From assembly GCA_036274595.1 (NCBI GenBank), contig DASUFL010000087.1, positions 2,348-66,347 on the forward strand: a DNA stretch of 64,000 bases, given 5' to 3'. Origin of the DNA: Candidatus Eiseniibacteriota bacterium. Its GTDB lineage: Bacteria; Eisenbacteria; RBG-16-71-46; SZUA-252. The notes under the pieces were generated by a model that saw only the letters and a list, made by a program, of their open reading frames with translations, had not been told where the DNA came from and did no database searches. The translations under genes and the position numbers were made by a program. Shown one piece after another: positions 18,585-27,217 of the stretch. Positions within the stretch are counted from its first letter, which is position 1, and the number at the start of each line of letters is the position of its first letter.

Positions 18585-19277
18585 CTACTTCGCTTCGGGG
18601 GACTTCGTCTCCGACTCGGCCCCGGCCGGCTTCGTTTCGGTCTTGGATTCGGACGCCGCTTCGGTCTTGGCGCCTTCCTCCTTCACGCCCGCCTTCTTGC
18701 CCTCGGCCTTCTCGATCGCCTCCGCCAGCTCCTCCGCCTCGTCCGAGCCTTCGGCCTTGAGCCACGCCAGCTCCTGCTTGGCGAGATCGATCTGCCCGCT
18801 CATGAGATAGGCCTCGCCGCGGTACTCGTGGGCCTCGTCGTAGTCGGGCTTGATCGCGAGGCACTTGTCGTACGCCGCGAACGCGGCCTTCAGGTCTCCC
18901 GACTGCCGCGCCGAGAAGCCGAGCATGTTCCAGGCCTCGAAGTAATCGGGATCCAGCTTCACCGCCTCCTCGAACTTGCCGCGCGCCTTGCCGAAGCGCT
19001 TCTTCGCGTCGTTCGCCTTGCCCGCTTCCTTGTCCTTCTTGGCCTTCTCGACATCCTTGTATCCGGCGGCGTAGTAGGTCTCGGCCTGGGTCCGGGCGGC
19101 GCTCTTCGCGGAGGAAGCGCTCAGGGTGTCTCCGAGCAGGGACGAGTTCGTCGACGTGGAAGGGGGCGGCGGCTCCTGGCGCGGCGGCGGGGACGGGGCC
19201 GCGGTCACGGAAGACGCGACGGCGCAAGTGACTACGAAGGACACGGTGCTGGCCAGGAAGCGTGAAAGGGGGGTCAT
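18585..19277 (-). CDS. secreted TPR-repeat protein with Lys/Glu-rich C-terminal tail
   Basis: Start at internal ATG (MTPLSRFLASTVSFVVTCAVASS... signal) at 19277. TPR motifs (AWNMLGFSARQSGDLKAAFAAYDKCLAIKPDYDEAHEYRGEAYL). The listed longer ORF is a frame artefact upstream of this start. Confidence 0.7.
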   Translation of the reverse strand: MTPLSRFLASTVSFVVTCAVASSVTAAPSPPPRQEPPPPSTSTNSSLLGDTLSASSAKSAARTQAETYYAAGYKDVEKAKKDKEAGKANDAKKRFGKARGKFEEAVKLDPDYFEAWNMLGFSARQSGDLKAAFAAYDKCLAIKPDYDEAHEYRGEAYLMSGQIDLAKQELAWLKAEGSDEAEELAEAIEKAEGKKAGVKEEGAKTEAASESKTETKPAGAESETKSPEAK

Positions 19278-19365
19278 GGAAGGCTCTCCTCGATGGGGTC
19301 CGAGCGCCGGCACGGCGCCAGGCTCGATGCTACCAGAACCCCCTCCCTTTCGGTATGCTGCCGCG

Positions 19366-20685
19366 ATGCTTTCCGCCCGCCGCGTCCACCCGCTCCTGAT
19401 CGTGCTCCTTGCGTGCGTGATCGCCGCTCCGAGGGCGCTCGCTTCGCAGCACGGAGATCCGGTCGTTCCGCTCCTTCTCGCCCTCACGGTGGTCCTCGTG
19501 TCGGCCAAGATCGGCGGGTGGATCGCGACCCGCATCCACCAGCCGGCGGTGCTCGGAGAGCTCGTCGCGGGAATCTTGATCGGCAATCTCGGCCTCGTCG
19601 GATTCCGTGGATTCGAGCCGTTCCAGACGGACACCACGCTCTCGATCCTGGCCGGACTCGGCGTGATCCTGCTCCTCTTCGAGGTTGGCCTCGACTCCAC
19701 CGTGCTCGAGATGATGCAGGTGGGCGCGTCGGCGCTCCTCGTCGCGCTGCTCGGCGTGGTCACGCCCTTCGCGCTCGGATGGCTCGTCGGCGCGTGGCTC
19801 CTGCCGGACCGGCCGAGCTACGTGCACGCCTTCCTCGGCGCCGTGCTCACGGCCACCAGCGTCGGCATCACCGCGCGCGTGCTCCGCGACCTCGACGCGT
19901 CACGCACGAGCGAGGCCAAGATCATCCTGGGAGCCGCCGTCATCGACGACGTGCTGGGCCTCGTGATCCTGGCCGTGGTGAGCGGCGTGATCGCGGCCGC
20001 CGGCCAGGGTACGGGCGTCTCCCTGACGGCGATCGCCTGGGTCTGCGCCAAGGCGATCGGCTTCCTCGCGGGAGCGATCCTCCTGGGGCGGCTCCTCGCG
20101 CCATGGCTCTTCCGTATCGCGGCGCTCGTGCGCGTGCGCGGCATCCTGCTCACGACCGGGCTCATCTTCTGCTTCCTCCTTTCGTACCTGGCCGCGCTCG
20201 CGGACCTGGCACCGATCGTCGGCGCGTTCGCCGCCGGGCTCGTCCTCGAGGGCTCGCATCTGGAGCGGTTCGAGGAAGCGAAGGAGACCACGCTCGAGTC
20301 GCTGCTCCATCCCATCTCGACCTTCCTCGTGCCGATCTTCTTCGTGATGACCGGGATGCGCGTTTCCCTCGAGACCTTCGCCGATCCGGCCGTCATCGGG
20401 CTCGCCGCGGCGATCACCGTGATCGCCTGGGTCGGCAAGCAGGCCTGCTCGCTCGGCGTCCTCCAGAGAGGGGTCGACCGGCTCACCGTGGGCCTCGGGA
20501 TGGTGCCCCGGGGCGAGGTGGGGCTCATCTTCGCCACCATGGGCGCCACGCTCACCCTTGCGGGCCAGCCTGTGATCGGACCGGCCACCTATTCCGCCAT
20601 CGTCATCATGGTCATCGTCACCACGCTGGTCACGCCTCCCGCTCTCAAGTGGAGCATCGAGCGGCAGAGGCGTCGGGCCGCGTAG
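19366..20685 (+). CDS. cation:proton antiporter (CPA1/Kef-type Na+/H+ exchanger family)
   Basis: About 439 aa polytopic membrane protein with typical sodium/hydrogen exchanger TM pattern (LGELVAGILIGNLGL, GLEL / DAAVIDDVLGL region). Start taken at ATG 19366 (MLSARRVHPLLIVLL); the ORF extends further upstream. Confidence 0.7.
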   Translation: MLSARRVHPLLIVLLACVIAAPRALASQHGDPVVPLLLALTVVLVSAKIGGWIATRIHQPAVLGELVAGILIGNLGLVGFRGFEPFQTDTTLSILAGLGVILLLFEVGLDSTVLEMMQVGASALLVALLGVVTPFALGWLVGAWLLPDRPSYVHAFLGAVLTATSVGITARVLRDLDASRTSEAKIILGAAVIDDVLGLVILAVVSGVIAAAGQGTGVSLTAIAWVCAKAIGFLAGAILLGRLLAPWLFRIAALVRVRGILLTTGLIFCFLLSYLAALADLAPIVGAFAAGLVLEGSHLERFEEAKETTLESLLHPISTFLVPIFFVMTGMRVSLETFADPAVIGLAAAITVIAWVGKQACSLGVLQRGVDRLTVGLGMVPRGEVGLIFATMGATLTLAGQPVIGPATYSAIVIMVIVTTLVTPPALKWSIERQRRRAA

Positions 20686-20696
20686 AAAGGAGCGCG

Positions 20697-21983
20697 ATGC
20701 GTTTCCTGGTTCTGGGAGCGGGATTGCAGGGCTTTGCCGCGGCGCTGGACCTCGCGCGCGCGCGCGAGGTGGAAGAAGTCGTGGTCGCCGACTCGGACGG
20801 CTCCCGAGCGGCGCGCGCGGCGGAGCGGCTCCAGGGTCTCGGCGCGACCGTGCGCGCGGAGACGATCGACGTCACGAGGGAGAGCCGGCTCGTCGAGCGC
20901 CTCCGCGGCTACGACGTCGTGATCTCGGCGGTCCCCTATTTCCTGAACCTGGACCTCACGAAGGCCGCGATCCAAGCCCAGGTCTCCTTTTGCGATCTCG
21001 GCGGGAACACCGATGTGGTCCGCGCGCAGGAGGCCTTGAACGACGAGGCGCAGGACGCCGATATCACGATCGTCCCCGATTGCGGACTCGCGCCGGGCAT
21101 GGCCAATGTGCTCGCCGCCGCGGGCATCGGACGTCTGGATCGCGCGGACCTCGTTCAGATCCGCGTGGGCGGGCTGCCGCTCAACCCCAAGCCGCCGCTC
21201 GAATACATGATGGTCTTCTCGATGCATGGGCTCCTGAACGAGTACCTGGGACGCGCCGTCGCGCTCCGGAACGGCAAGCGGACCGAGATCGAGACCCTGA
21301 CCGAAGTCGAGGAGCTCCAGTTCCCCAAGCCGGTCGGACGCTGCGAGGCATTCGTGACGCTCGGCGGCACGTCCACCATGCCCTGGACCTACGAGGGAAA
21401 GCTCGCGACGCTCGACTACAAGACCGTGCGCTATCCCGGACACGCGGCGAAGATCCGGCTCTTCCGCGACCTCGGCCTCCTCGAGACCACGCCCGTGCTG
21501 GTCGAAGGCGCGTCGGTCGCGCCGCGCTCGCTCTTCGCGGCGGTCGCGGAGCCGAGGCTCACGTTCCCGAACGAGCCCGACCTCGTGGTGATGCGCGTCA
21601 TCGTGGAGGGCGTGAAGGACGGCAAGAAGAAGGAGATCGTCTTCGAGATGCTGGACCGGATGGACACGAAGCGGGGCGTGACCGCGATGATGCGGACGAC
21701 CGCCTATCCCACCACGGCGGCCGCCCTCATGATCGCGCGCGGCGAGGTGCCGTTCCGCGGCGTCGCGGCGATGGAGCGCGCCATTCCCGCGGAGGCCTTC
21801 CTCCTCGAGATCGGCAAGCACGAGCTCAAGATCGAGGTTCGGGAGCGGACGAAGGCGCCGTCGAAGGGGAAAGCGCCTCGCGGACGCGCGAGCGCAAAGG
21901 CCGCCCGAGCGCCGAAGCGAGGAGGTCGGAAGCAGCCGACACCCGCCCGAGGTCGATCCCGGTCGAAGCGCCGGAGCGCGTGA
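20697..21983 (+). CDS. saccharopine dehydrogenase family NAD(P)-binding protein with basic Lys/Arg-rich C-terminal tail
   Basis: Rossmann N-terminus MRFLVLGAGLQGFAAALDLA; saccharopine dehydrogenase-like middle and C-terminal regions. RBS GAAAGGAG upstream. The tail overlaps the convergent HMG-CoA lyase gene by about 158 nt. Confidence 0.7.
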   Translation: MRFLVLGAGLQGFAAALDLARAREVEEVVVADSDGSRAARAAERLQGLGATVRAETIDVTRESRLVERLRGYDVVISAVPYFLNLDLTKAAIQAQVSFCDLGGNTDVVRAQEALNDEAQDADITIVPDCGLAPGMANVLAAAGIGRLDRADLVQIRVGGLPLNPKPPLEYMMVFSMHGLLNEYLGRAVALRNGKRTEIETLTEVEELQFPKPVGRCEAFVTLGGTSTMPWTYEGKLATLDYKTVRYPGHAAKIRLFRDLGLLETTPVLVEGASVAPRSLFAAVAEPRLTFPNEPDLVVMRVIVEGVKDGKKKEIVFEMLDRMDTKRGVTAMMRTTAYPTTAAALMIARGEVPFRGVAAMERAIPAEAFLLEIGKHELKIEVRERTKAPSKGKAPRGRASAKAARAPKRGGRKQPTPARGRSRSKRRSA

Positions 21984-22773
21984 GCGCCCAGACGAGATCC
22001 TCGGTCGCGACGTTCCCCGCCGCGCCGGGCGCGTAGGGACAGCCCCCGACGCCTCCCGCGGAGGCGTCGAAGATCGTGATCCCGCGGTCGTACGCGGCGA
22101 GCGCGTTCGCGACCGCGGTGCCGTAGGTGTCATGGAAGTGCATCGCCACCCGCTCTTGCGGAATCGCGTCGAGGAGCACGTCGAGCAGATCGTCCACCTC
22201 GACGGGCACCGCCTTCCCGATCGTATCGCCGATCGAGATCTCGTCCACGTCGAGGTCGAGAAGGCGTCGCACCACGTCCGTGACCGCGCGCGGACCGATC
22301 TTTCCTTCGTACGGGCACCAGAACGCCGTCGACACATAGCCGCGCACGGAGAGCCCCTCCCGCTTGGCGCGCGGCACGACTTGCTTAAAGCGCTCGATCG
22401 ACTCCGCGATCGACGCGTTGATGTTCTTCCGGTTGAAGGTCTCCGACGCCGCCGTGAAGACGGCCACCGCCTGCACGCGGGCCTCGAGCGCACGGTCGAG
22501 CCCCTTCTCGTTCGGCACGAGCGCGGAGTAGCGGACGCCCTCGCGGCGCCGGATGCGCGCGAAGACCTCCGCCGCGTCGGCGAGCTGCGGCACCCAGGTC
22601 GGGGACACGAACGCGCTCACCTCGATGTCCTGGTAGCCCGCTTCGGAGAGCGCGTCGACGAACGCGACCTTGGTCTCGGTCGGGATCAGGTCCTTCTCGT
22701 TCTGGAGTCCGTCCCTCGGGCCCACCTCGACGATGCGGACCTGGGTCATGGGATCGCGCGCTTCCGCGTTCAT
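21826..22773 (-). CDS. liuE: hydroxymethylglutaryl-CoA lyase
   Basis: 315 aa. HMGL-like TIM-barrel motifs: VEVGPRDGLQNE, SFVSPTWVPQ, MHFHDTYG, GGCPYAPGAAGN. Last gene of the liu operon; ATGA overlap with the upstream BCCP ORF. Confidence 0.9.
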   Translation of the reverse strand: MNAEARDPMTQVRIVEVGPRDGLQNEKDLIPTETKVAFVDALSEAGYQDIEVSAFVSPTWVPQLADAAEVFARIRRREGVRYSALVPNEKGLDRALEARVQAVAVFTAASETFNRKNINASIAESIERFKQVVPRAKREGLSVRGYVSTAFWCPYEGKIGPRAVTDVVRRLLDLDVDEISIGDTIGKAVPVEVDDLLDVLLDAIPQERVAMHFHDTYGTAVANALAAYDRGITIFDASAGGVGGCPYAPGAAGNVATEDLVWALTRSGASTGIDLGRVSAASDLLASALGRPLRSRVREALSPSTAPSSAPEPRS

Positions 22774-23285
22774 GACGCTCCTTTCGCCGACTCGACCGGC
22801 GGCGCGAGACGCACGAGGAGCTGACCCAGCTCCACGCGGTCGCCGTCGGCGCAGAGGATCTCCTCGACGCGGGAATCCGCGGGGGCCGTGAGCTTGAACT
22901 CCATCTTCATCGCCTCGATGGTGAGGAGGAGATCGCCCTCCTTCACAGGATCGCCGGCGGCCGCCGTGACGCGCACGACCTTGCCGGTCATGGGAGCGCG
23001 GATCTCGTCATGGGAGGAGGCGGCCGCGGAGCCGGCCGACGTTCGGTGCGAGCGCTCGAGCACGTACGTCCGCCCGCGGAGCGACACCCAGACTTCCTTG
23101 GGCCCCGCCTTGACGGCGGCGCGGGACGCGCCGGCGGGAGTGCGGATCTCGACCCAGGCGCCGTCGCGTACGACCTCGGCATCGAGCGCCTTGGCGTCGC
23201 GCGTCCAGGTGGCGCGGCTCCCCTGAGTCTCGATCGAGCCCTCGATCGCGCGCCCCTCCCAGCGGAAGATCACCTTCCGGCTCAT
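22770..23285 (-). CDS. biotin carboxyl carrier (BT + biotinyl domain) portion of methylcrotonyl-CoA carboxylase alpha subunit
   Basis: 171 aa with biotinylation motif EAMKME. The ATG overlaps the TGA of the upstream biotin-carboxylase ORF (ATGA). Together, 489+171 aa equals the length of a single-chain MCC/PCC alpha subunit. Confidence 0.75.
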   Translation of the reverse strand: MSRKVIFRWEGRAIEGSIETQGSRATWTRDAKALDAEVVRDGAWVEIRTPAGASRAAVKAGPKEVWVSLRGRTYVLERSHRTSAGSAAASSHDEIRAPMTGKVVRVTAAAGDPVKEGDLLLTIEAMKMEFKLTAPADSRVEEILCADGDRVELGQLLVRLAPPVESAKGAS

Positions 23286-24751
23286 ACGCGTCCCCACGCG
23301 CCGAGGAGGCGCCACGGGGACCAGCGGTCCGCGTCGCGCCGTCCGCCGAGCGCGGCGCGCGGCGCTTCGAGCGCGAGCGCGGCCGCGAGGAGCGCCTCGT
23401 CGGGAACGTCGTCCGGCGGGGGCCACGACGAGGACTCGACGGTGTGGGTGTAGGTCGCTCCGGCCGCGAACGCCTCGCTCGCGAGGAGGTCGATCAGGAA
23501 TCCCTGATTCGTGCGGATGCCGAGGAGCGCAAGGGCACGGAGCGCCTGGATCAGGCGGTCGCGCGCTTCCGAACGATCCTTCCCGTACGCGATCACCTTC
23601 GCGAGGAGCGAGTCGTAGTGCGCGTGCACGGGATGCCCTTCCTCGATTCCCGCGTCCACGCGGATGCCTTCCCCCGGCGGCCAGGCGAGAAACGAGATCG
23701 GGCCGCTCTGCGGAATGAACCCGCGATACGGATCCTCGGCGTTCAACCGCACCTCGATGGCGTGCCCCTTCGGCTCCGGGCGCTTGGGGAGCGTCCCGCC
23801 GGCGGCAATCTCGATCTGCGCCCTCACGAGGTCGAGCCCGAACCGGGCCTCGGTCACCGGATGCTCCACCTGGAGCCGCGTGTTCACCTCGAGGAAATAG
23901 AACGCTCCGTCGGGGCCGAGCAGGAACTCCACCGTTCCCGCCCCCGAGTAGCGCGCGTCCCGGGCGAGCGTGATCGCCGCCTCCTCGAGCTTCGCACGCG
24001 TCTCGGGCGTGACGGCCGACGAGGGGGACTCCTCGACGATCTTCTGATAGCGCCGCTGGAGGCTGCACTCGCGCTCGCCCAGGGCGATCGCGTTCTTGCC
24101 GTCGGCGAGGATCTGCACTTCGATGTGGCGCGCGGGGTGGACCAATTTCTCGAGGAGGAGGCGCCCGTCGCCGAACGACGCTTCGGCTTCACGGCGACCG
24201 CTCTCGAACGCGCCGTCCATCTCCTCCGCCCTCGCCACGCGGCGCATGCCGCGTCCGCCGCCGCCGCTCGCCGCCTTGAGGAGAACCGGATAGCCGATTC
24301 GGTCCGCCTCCTTGCGCGCGCGCGCGGCGTCGGGCACGTCCTCGACGCCGGGCACGACGGGGACGTTCAAGCGAATCGCGGCCTCGCGCGCCTTTGTCTT
24401 CGAACCGAGACGCTCCATCGACTCGGGCGAAGGGCCGATGAACGTGACGTTCGCGGCCGCGCAGGCGCGGGCGAAGGCTGCGTTCTCCGCGAGGAACCCG
24501 TATCCGGGATGGAGGGCGCCCGCGCCCGTGGCGCGCGCTGCCCCGAGGATGCGTTCGACGTTGAGGTAGCTCTGCTGGGGCTCCGCCCCTCCCAGGAGCA
24601 CGGCCTCGTCGCCCGCCTTCGTGTGCGGCGCGCCCCGGTCGGCCTCGGAGAAGACGACGACCGAGGGAATTCCCATCGCCCGGAGCGTGCGGCAGATCCG
24701 GACCGCGATCTCGCCCCGGTTGGCGACGAGGACCTTCGTGATCGGCGTCAC
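23282..24751 (-). CDS. biotin carboxylase portion of methylcrotonyl-CoA carboxylase alpha subunit
   Basis: 489 aa ATP-grasp biotin carboxylase (KVLVANRGEIAVR, GYPVLLKAASGGGGRGMR, EVNTRLQVEHPVTE). Confidence 0.9.
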   Translation of the reverse strand: MTPITKVLVANRGEIAVRICRTLRAMGIPSVVVFSEADRGAPHTKAGDEAVLLGGAEPQQSYLNVERILGAARATGAGALHPGYGFLAENAAFARACAAANVTFIGPSPESMERLGSKTKAREAAIRLNVPVVPGVEDVPDAARARKEADRIGYPVLLKAASGGGGRGMRRVARAEEMDGAFESGRREAEASFGDGRLLLEKLVHPARHIEVQILADGKNAIALGERECSLQRRYQKIVEESPSSAVTPETRAKLEEAAITLARDARYSGAGTVEFLLGPDGAFYFLEVNTRLQVEHPVTEARFGLDLVRAQIEIAAGGTLPKRPEPKGHAIEVRLNAEDPYRGFIPQSGPISFLAWPPGEGIRVDAGIEEGHPVHAHYDSLLAKVIAYGKDRSEARDRLIQALRALALLGIRTNQGFLIDLLASEAFAAGATYTHTVESSSWPPPDDVPDEALLAAALALEAPRAALGGRRDADRWSPWRLLGAWGRV

Positions 24752-25551
24752 GACTTCCAGGCGGGAGCGCGCTTCGCGAGGAAGGCGCCCAGGCCCTCCT
24801 GTCCCTCCGCCGATGCGCGAAGACCCGCGATCGCGCGGACGGAGTTCTCGATGGCCGCGTCGCGCGTGAGCGCGAGGTTCTCGCGGATGAGCCGCTTCGC
24901 CGCGGCCACCGCGCGCGGGCCGCAGCCGCGGAGCGCCCCGACCAGACGCTCGACCGCCCCGTCCAGCCCCTCGAGCGGGACGACCTCGTGCACGAGACCG
25001 ATGTCGCGCGCGACGGGAGCCTTGAAGATCTCGGCGGTGAGGAAGTAGCGCCGCGCAAAGGCGGCGCCGATCTTGGGCAGGACGAAGGACGAGATCACCG
25101 CCGGGGCGATCCCGAGACGGGTCTCGGTGAATCCGAAGTCGGCCGCCTCGGCCGCCACCACGATGTCGCAGCAGGCGATGAGCCCCATGCCGCCCCCGAG
25201 GCAGGCGCCGTTCACGCGCGCGATCACCGGGACCGGGAGCTCGTCGAGGCTCCGGAGCATGCCGGCCATGCGTCGCGCGTCCGCCTCGTTCTCCTCGCGG
25301 GTGTAGGTCACGCTCCGGCGCATCCAGTTCGCGTCCGCCCCCGCGCAGAAGGCGGTTCCGTCGCCGGTCAGTACGACGGCCCGCGGCGCTTGGTCCGGAT
25401 CGGCATTCGCCCGGTCGCGCAGGTCTTCGAGCAGGCGGATCAGCTCCGCGATCAGAACGTCGTCGAACGCGTTCCTCACCTCGGGACGGGCGAGCGTCAC
25501 GCGCGCGACCGCCCCGTCACGCTCGACGCGAAGGCGGGTCTCGGGACTCAA
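24748..25551 (-). CDS. liuC: enoyl-CoA hydratase family (methylglutaconyl-CoA hydratase-like)
   Basis: 267 aa crotonase fold (AFCAGADANWM, GACLGGGMGLIACCDI). Located between the MCC beta and alpha genes. Confidence 0.8.
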   Translation of the reverse strand: MSPETRLRVERDGAVARVTLARPEVRNAFDDVLIAELIRLLEDLRDRANADPDQAPRAVVLTGDGTAFCAGADANWMRRSVTYTREENEADARRMAGMLRSLDELPVPVIARVNGACLGGGMGLIACCDIVVAAEAADFGFTETRLGIAPAVISSFVLPKIGAAFARRYFLTAEIFKAPVARDIGLVHEVVPLEGLDGAVERLVGALRGCGPRAVAAAKRLIRENLALTRDAAIENSVRAIAGLRASAEGQEGLGAFLAKRAPAWKS

Positions 25552-25590
25552 GCGGAATTCCTCCTCGGGCGGGCCGATGCGGCCCGCGGG

Positions 25591-27198
25591 TCACATGCGG
25601 TAGACGGGAGCGGGCCCGCGGGTCACGGGCGCGTTCAGGCTGGCTGAGAGCGCGAGCGCCACGACGGCGCGCGTGTCGGCGGGATCGATGATGCCGTCGT
25701 CCCAGAGCTGTCCCGTGGCGTAGTAGGGGCTTCCCTCGCGCTCGTACTTCTCGAGCACCGGCTTCGCGATGGCGTCCGCTTCCGCGGCGGTGAGCGTCTT
25801 GCCCTCGCGCGCGAGCTGATCCCGCTTGACCTGCGTGAGAACCGACGCCGCCTGCTCCGCCCCCATGACCGAGATGCGCGAGTTGGGCCAGGTGAAGAGG
25901 AACCGCGGGCGGTAGCCGCGTCCGCACATCGCGTAGTTCCCGGCCCCGTGCGAGGCGCCGATCAGGACCGTGATGCGCGGCACTTCCGCGGTGGCCACGG
26001 CCTGCACCATCTTGGCGCCGTCCTTCGCGATGCCGCCCGACTCGTAGCGCTTCCCCACCATGAAGCCGGTGATGTTCTGGAGGAAGATGAGGGGGATCTT
26101 CCGCTGCGAGCAGAGCTCGACGAAGTGCGCCCCCTTCAACGCGCTCTCCGAGAAGAGGACGCCGTTGTTCGCCACGATCCCGACCGGATAGCCCATCCAC
26201 CGCGCGAAGCCGCAGACGAGCGTGGTGCCGTAGTTCGATTTGAACTCGTGGAGCCGGCTGTCGTCGACGAGGCGAGCGATCACCTCGCGGACGTCGTACG
26301 GCTGCTTCGTGTCCTCGGGCAGGATTCCGTAGAGCTCCTCGGCGGGATAGTGGGGGTCCACGGGCTCGGCCAGATCGAGGTCGACGCGCTTGACCGTGTT
26401 GAGGCGCTCGACGATGTCGCGCACCGTGTGGAGCGCGTCCTCCTCGTTCGCCGCCATGTGATCGGTCACCCCGCTCACGCGCGAGTGAACCTCGGCGCCG
26501 CCCAGGTCCTCGGGCGTCACCTCCTCGCCCGTCGCCGCCTTCACGAGCGGCGGCCCCGCGAGATAGATCGTGCCCGCGCCCTTCACGATGACGTTCTCGT
26601 CCGACATGGCCGGAACGTAGGCGCCCCCCGCGGTGCACATTCCGAGCACCGCCGCCACTTGCGGGATCCCCTCGGCCGACATGATCGCCTGGTTGTAGAA
26701 GATCCGCCCGAAGTGCTCCTTGTCCGGGAAGACCTCCGCCTGCATCGGCAGGAAGACGCCGCCGGAATCGACGAGGTAGACCGCGGGCATCCGGTTCTCG
26801 AGCGCGATCTCCTGCGCGCGGATGTGCTTCTTGATGGTGAGCGGGTAGTAGGTGCCCCCCTTGACCGTGGCGTCGTTGGCGACGATCACGCACTCGCGGC
26901 CGGAGATCACACCGATCCCGGTCACGATGCCGGCCGACGGCACCTCGTCCCCGTAGGAGCCGCGCGCGGCCAGGGGCGAGAGCTCCAGGAATGGCGTGCC
27001 GGGGTCGAGGAGCAGCTCGATCCGCTCGCGCGGCAAGAGCTTGCCGCGGCTCCGGTGGAGCTCGACCGCCTGCGCGCTCCCGCCCCGCTTGACCTCGGTC
27101 AGGACGCGCTTGAGCTCGGCGGCCAGCCCCTCGTGGTGCTTCTTCCTGGCCCCGAACTCGGGGCCGCGGGGTTTCACGTGGCTCGTCAGGACGGTCAT
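25591..27198 (-). CDS. liuB: methylcrotonyl-CoA carboxylase beta subunit (carboxyltransferase)
   Basis: 535 aa carboxyltransferase with N- and C-terminal CoA-carboxylase domains, and typical MccB/PccB motifs ([38 protein letters not shown]). Confidence 0.9.
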   Translation of the reverse strand: MTVLTSHVKPRGPEFGARKKHHEGLAAELKRVLTEVKRGGSAQAVELHRSRGKLLPRERIELLLDPGTPFLELSPLAARGSYGDEVPSAGIVTGIGVISGRECVIVANDATVKGGTYYPLTIKKHIRAQEIALENRMPAVYLVDSGGVFLPMQAEVFPDKEHFGRIFYNQAIMSAEGIPQVAAVLGMCTAGGAYVPAMSDENVIVKGAGTIYLAGPPLVKAATGEEVTPEDLGGAEVHSRVSGVTDHMAANEEDALHTVRDIVERLNTVKRVDLDLAEPVDPHYPAEELYGILPEDTKQPYDVREVIARLVDDSRLHEFKSNYGTTLVCGFARWMGYPVGIVANNGVLFSESALKGAHFVELCSQRKIPLIFLQNITGFMVGKRYESGGIAKDGAKMVQAVATAEVPRITVLIGASHGAGNYAMCGRGYRPRFLFTWPNSRISVMGAEQAASVLTQVKRDQLAREGKTLTAAEADAIAKPVLEKYEREGSPYYATGQLWDDGIIDPADTRAVVALALSASLNAPVTRGPAPVYRM

Positions 27199-27217
27199 GG
27201 GCAGGTCACTCTAAAGG

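Noticed and set aside
18585-19763. 392-aa version of the TPR gene
   Set aside because: The N-terminal 162 aa are a frame extension lacking features and overlap the divergent antiporter promoter region. A signal-peptide-bearing ATG at 19277 is the credible start.
19293-21983. 896-aa plus-strand ORF suggesting one giant protein
   Set aside because: The first about 470 codons are an out-of-frame read through the antiporter gene, Arg/Pro-rich. The real saccharopine-dehydrogenase-like gene starts at ATG 20697 with an RBS.
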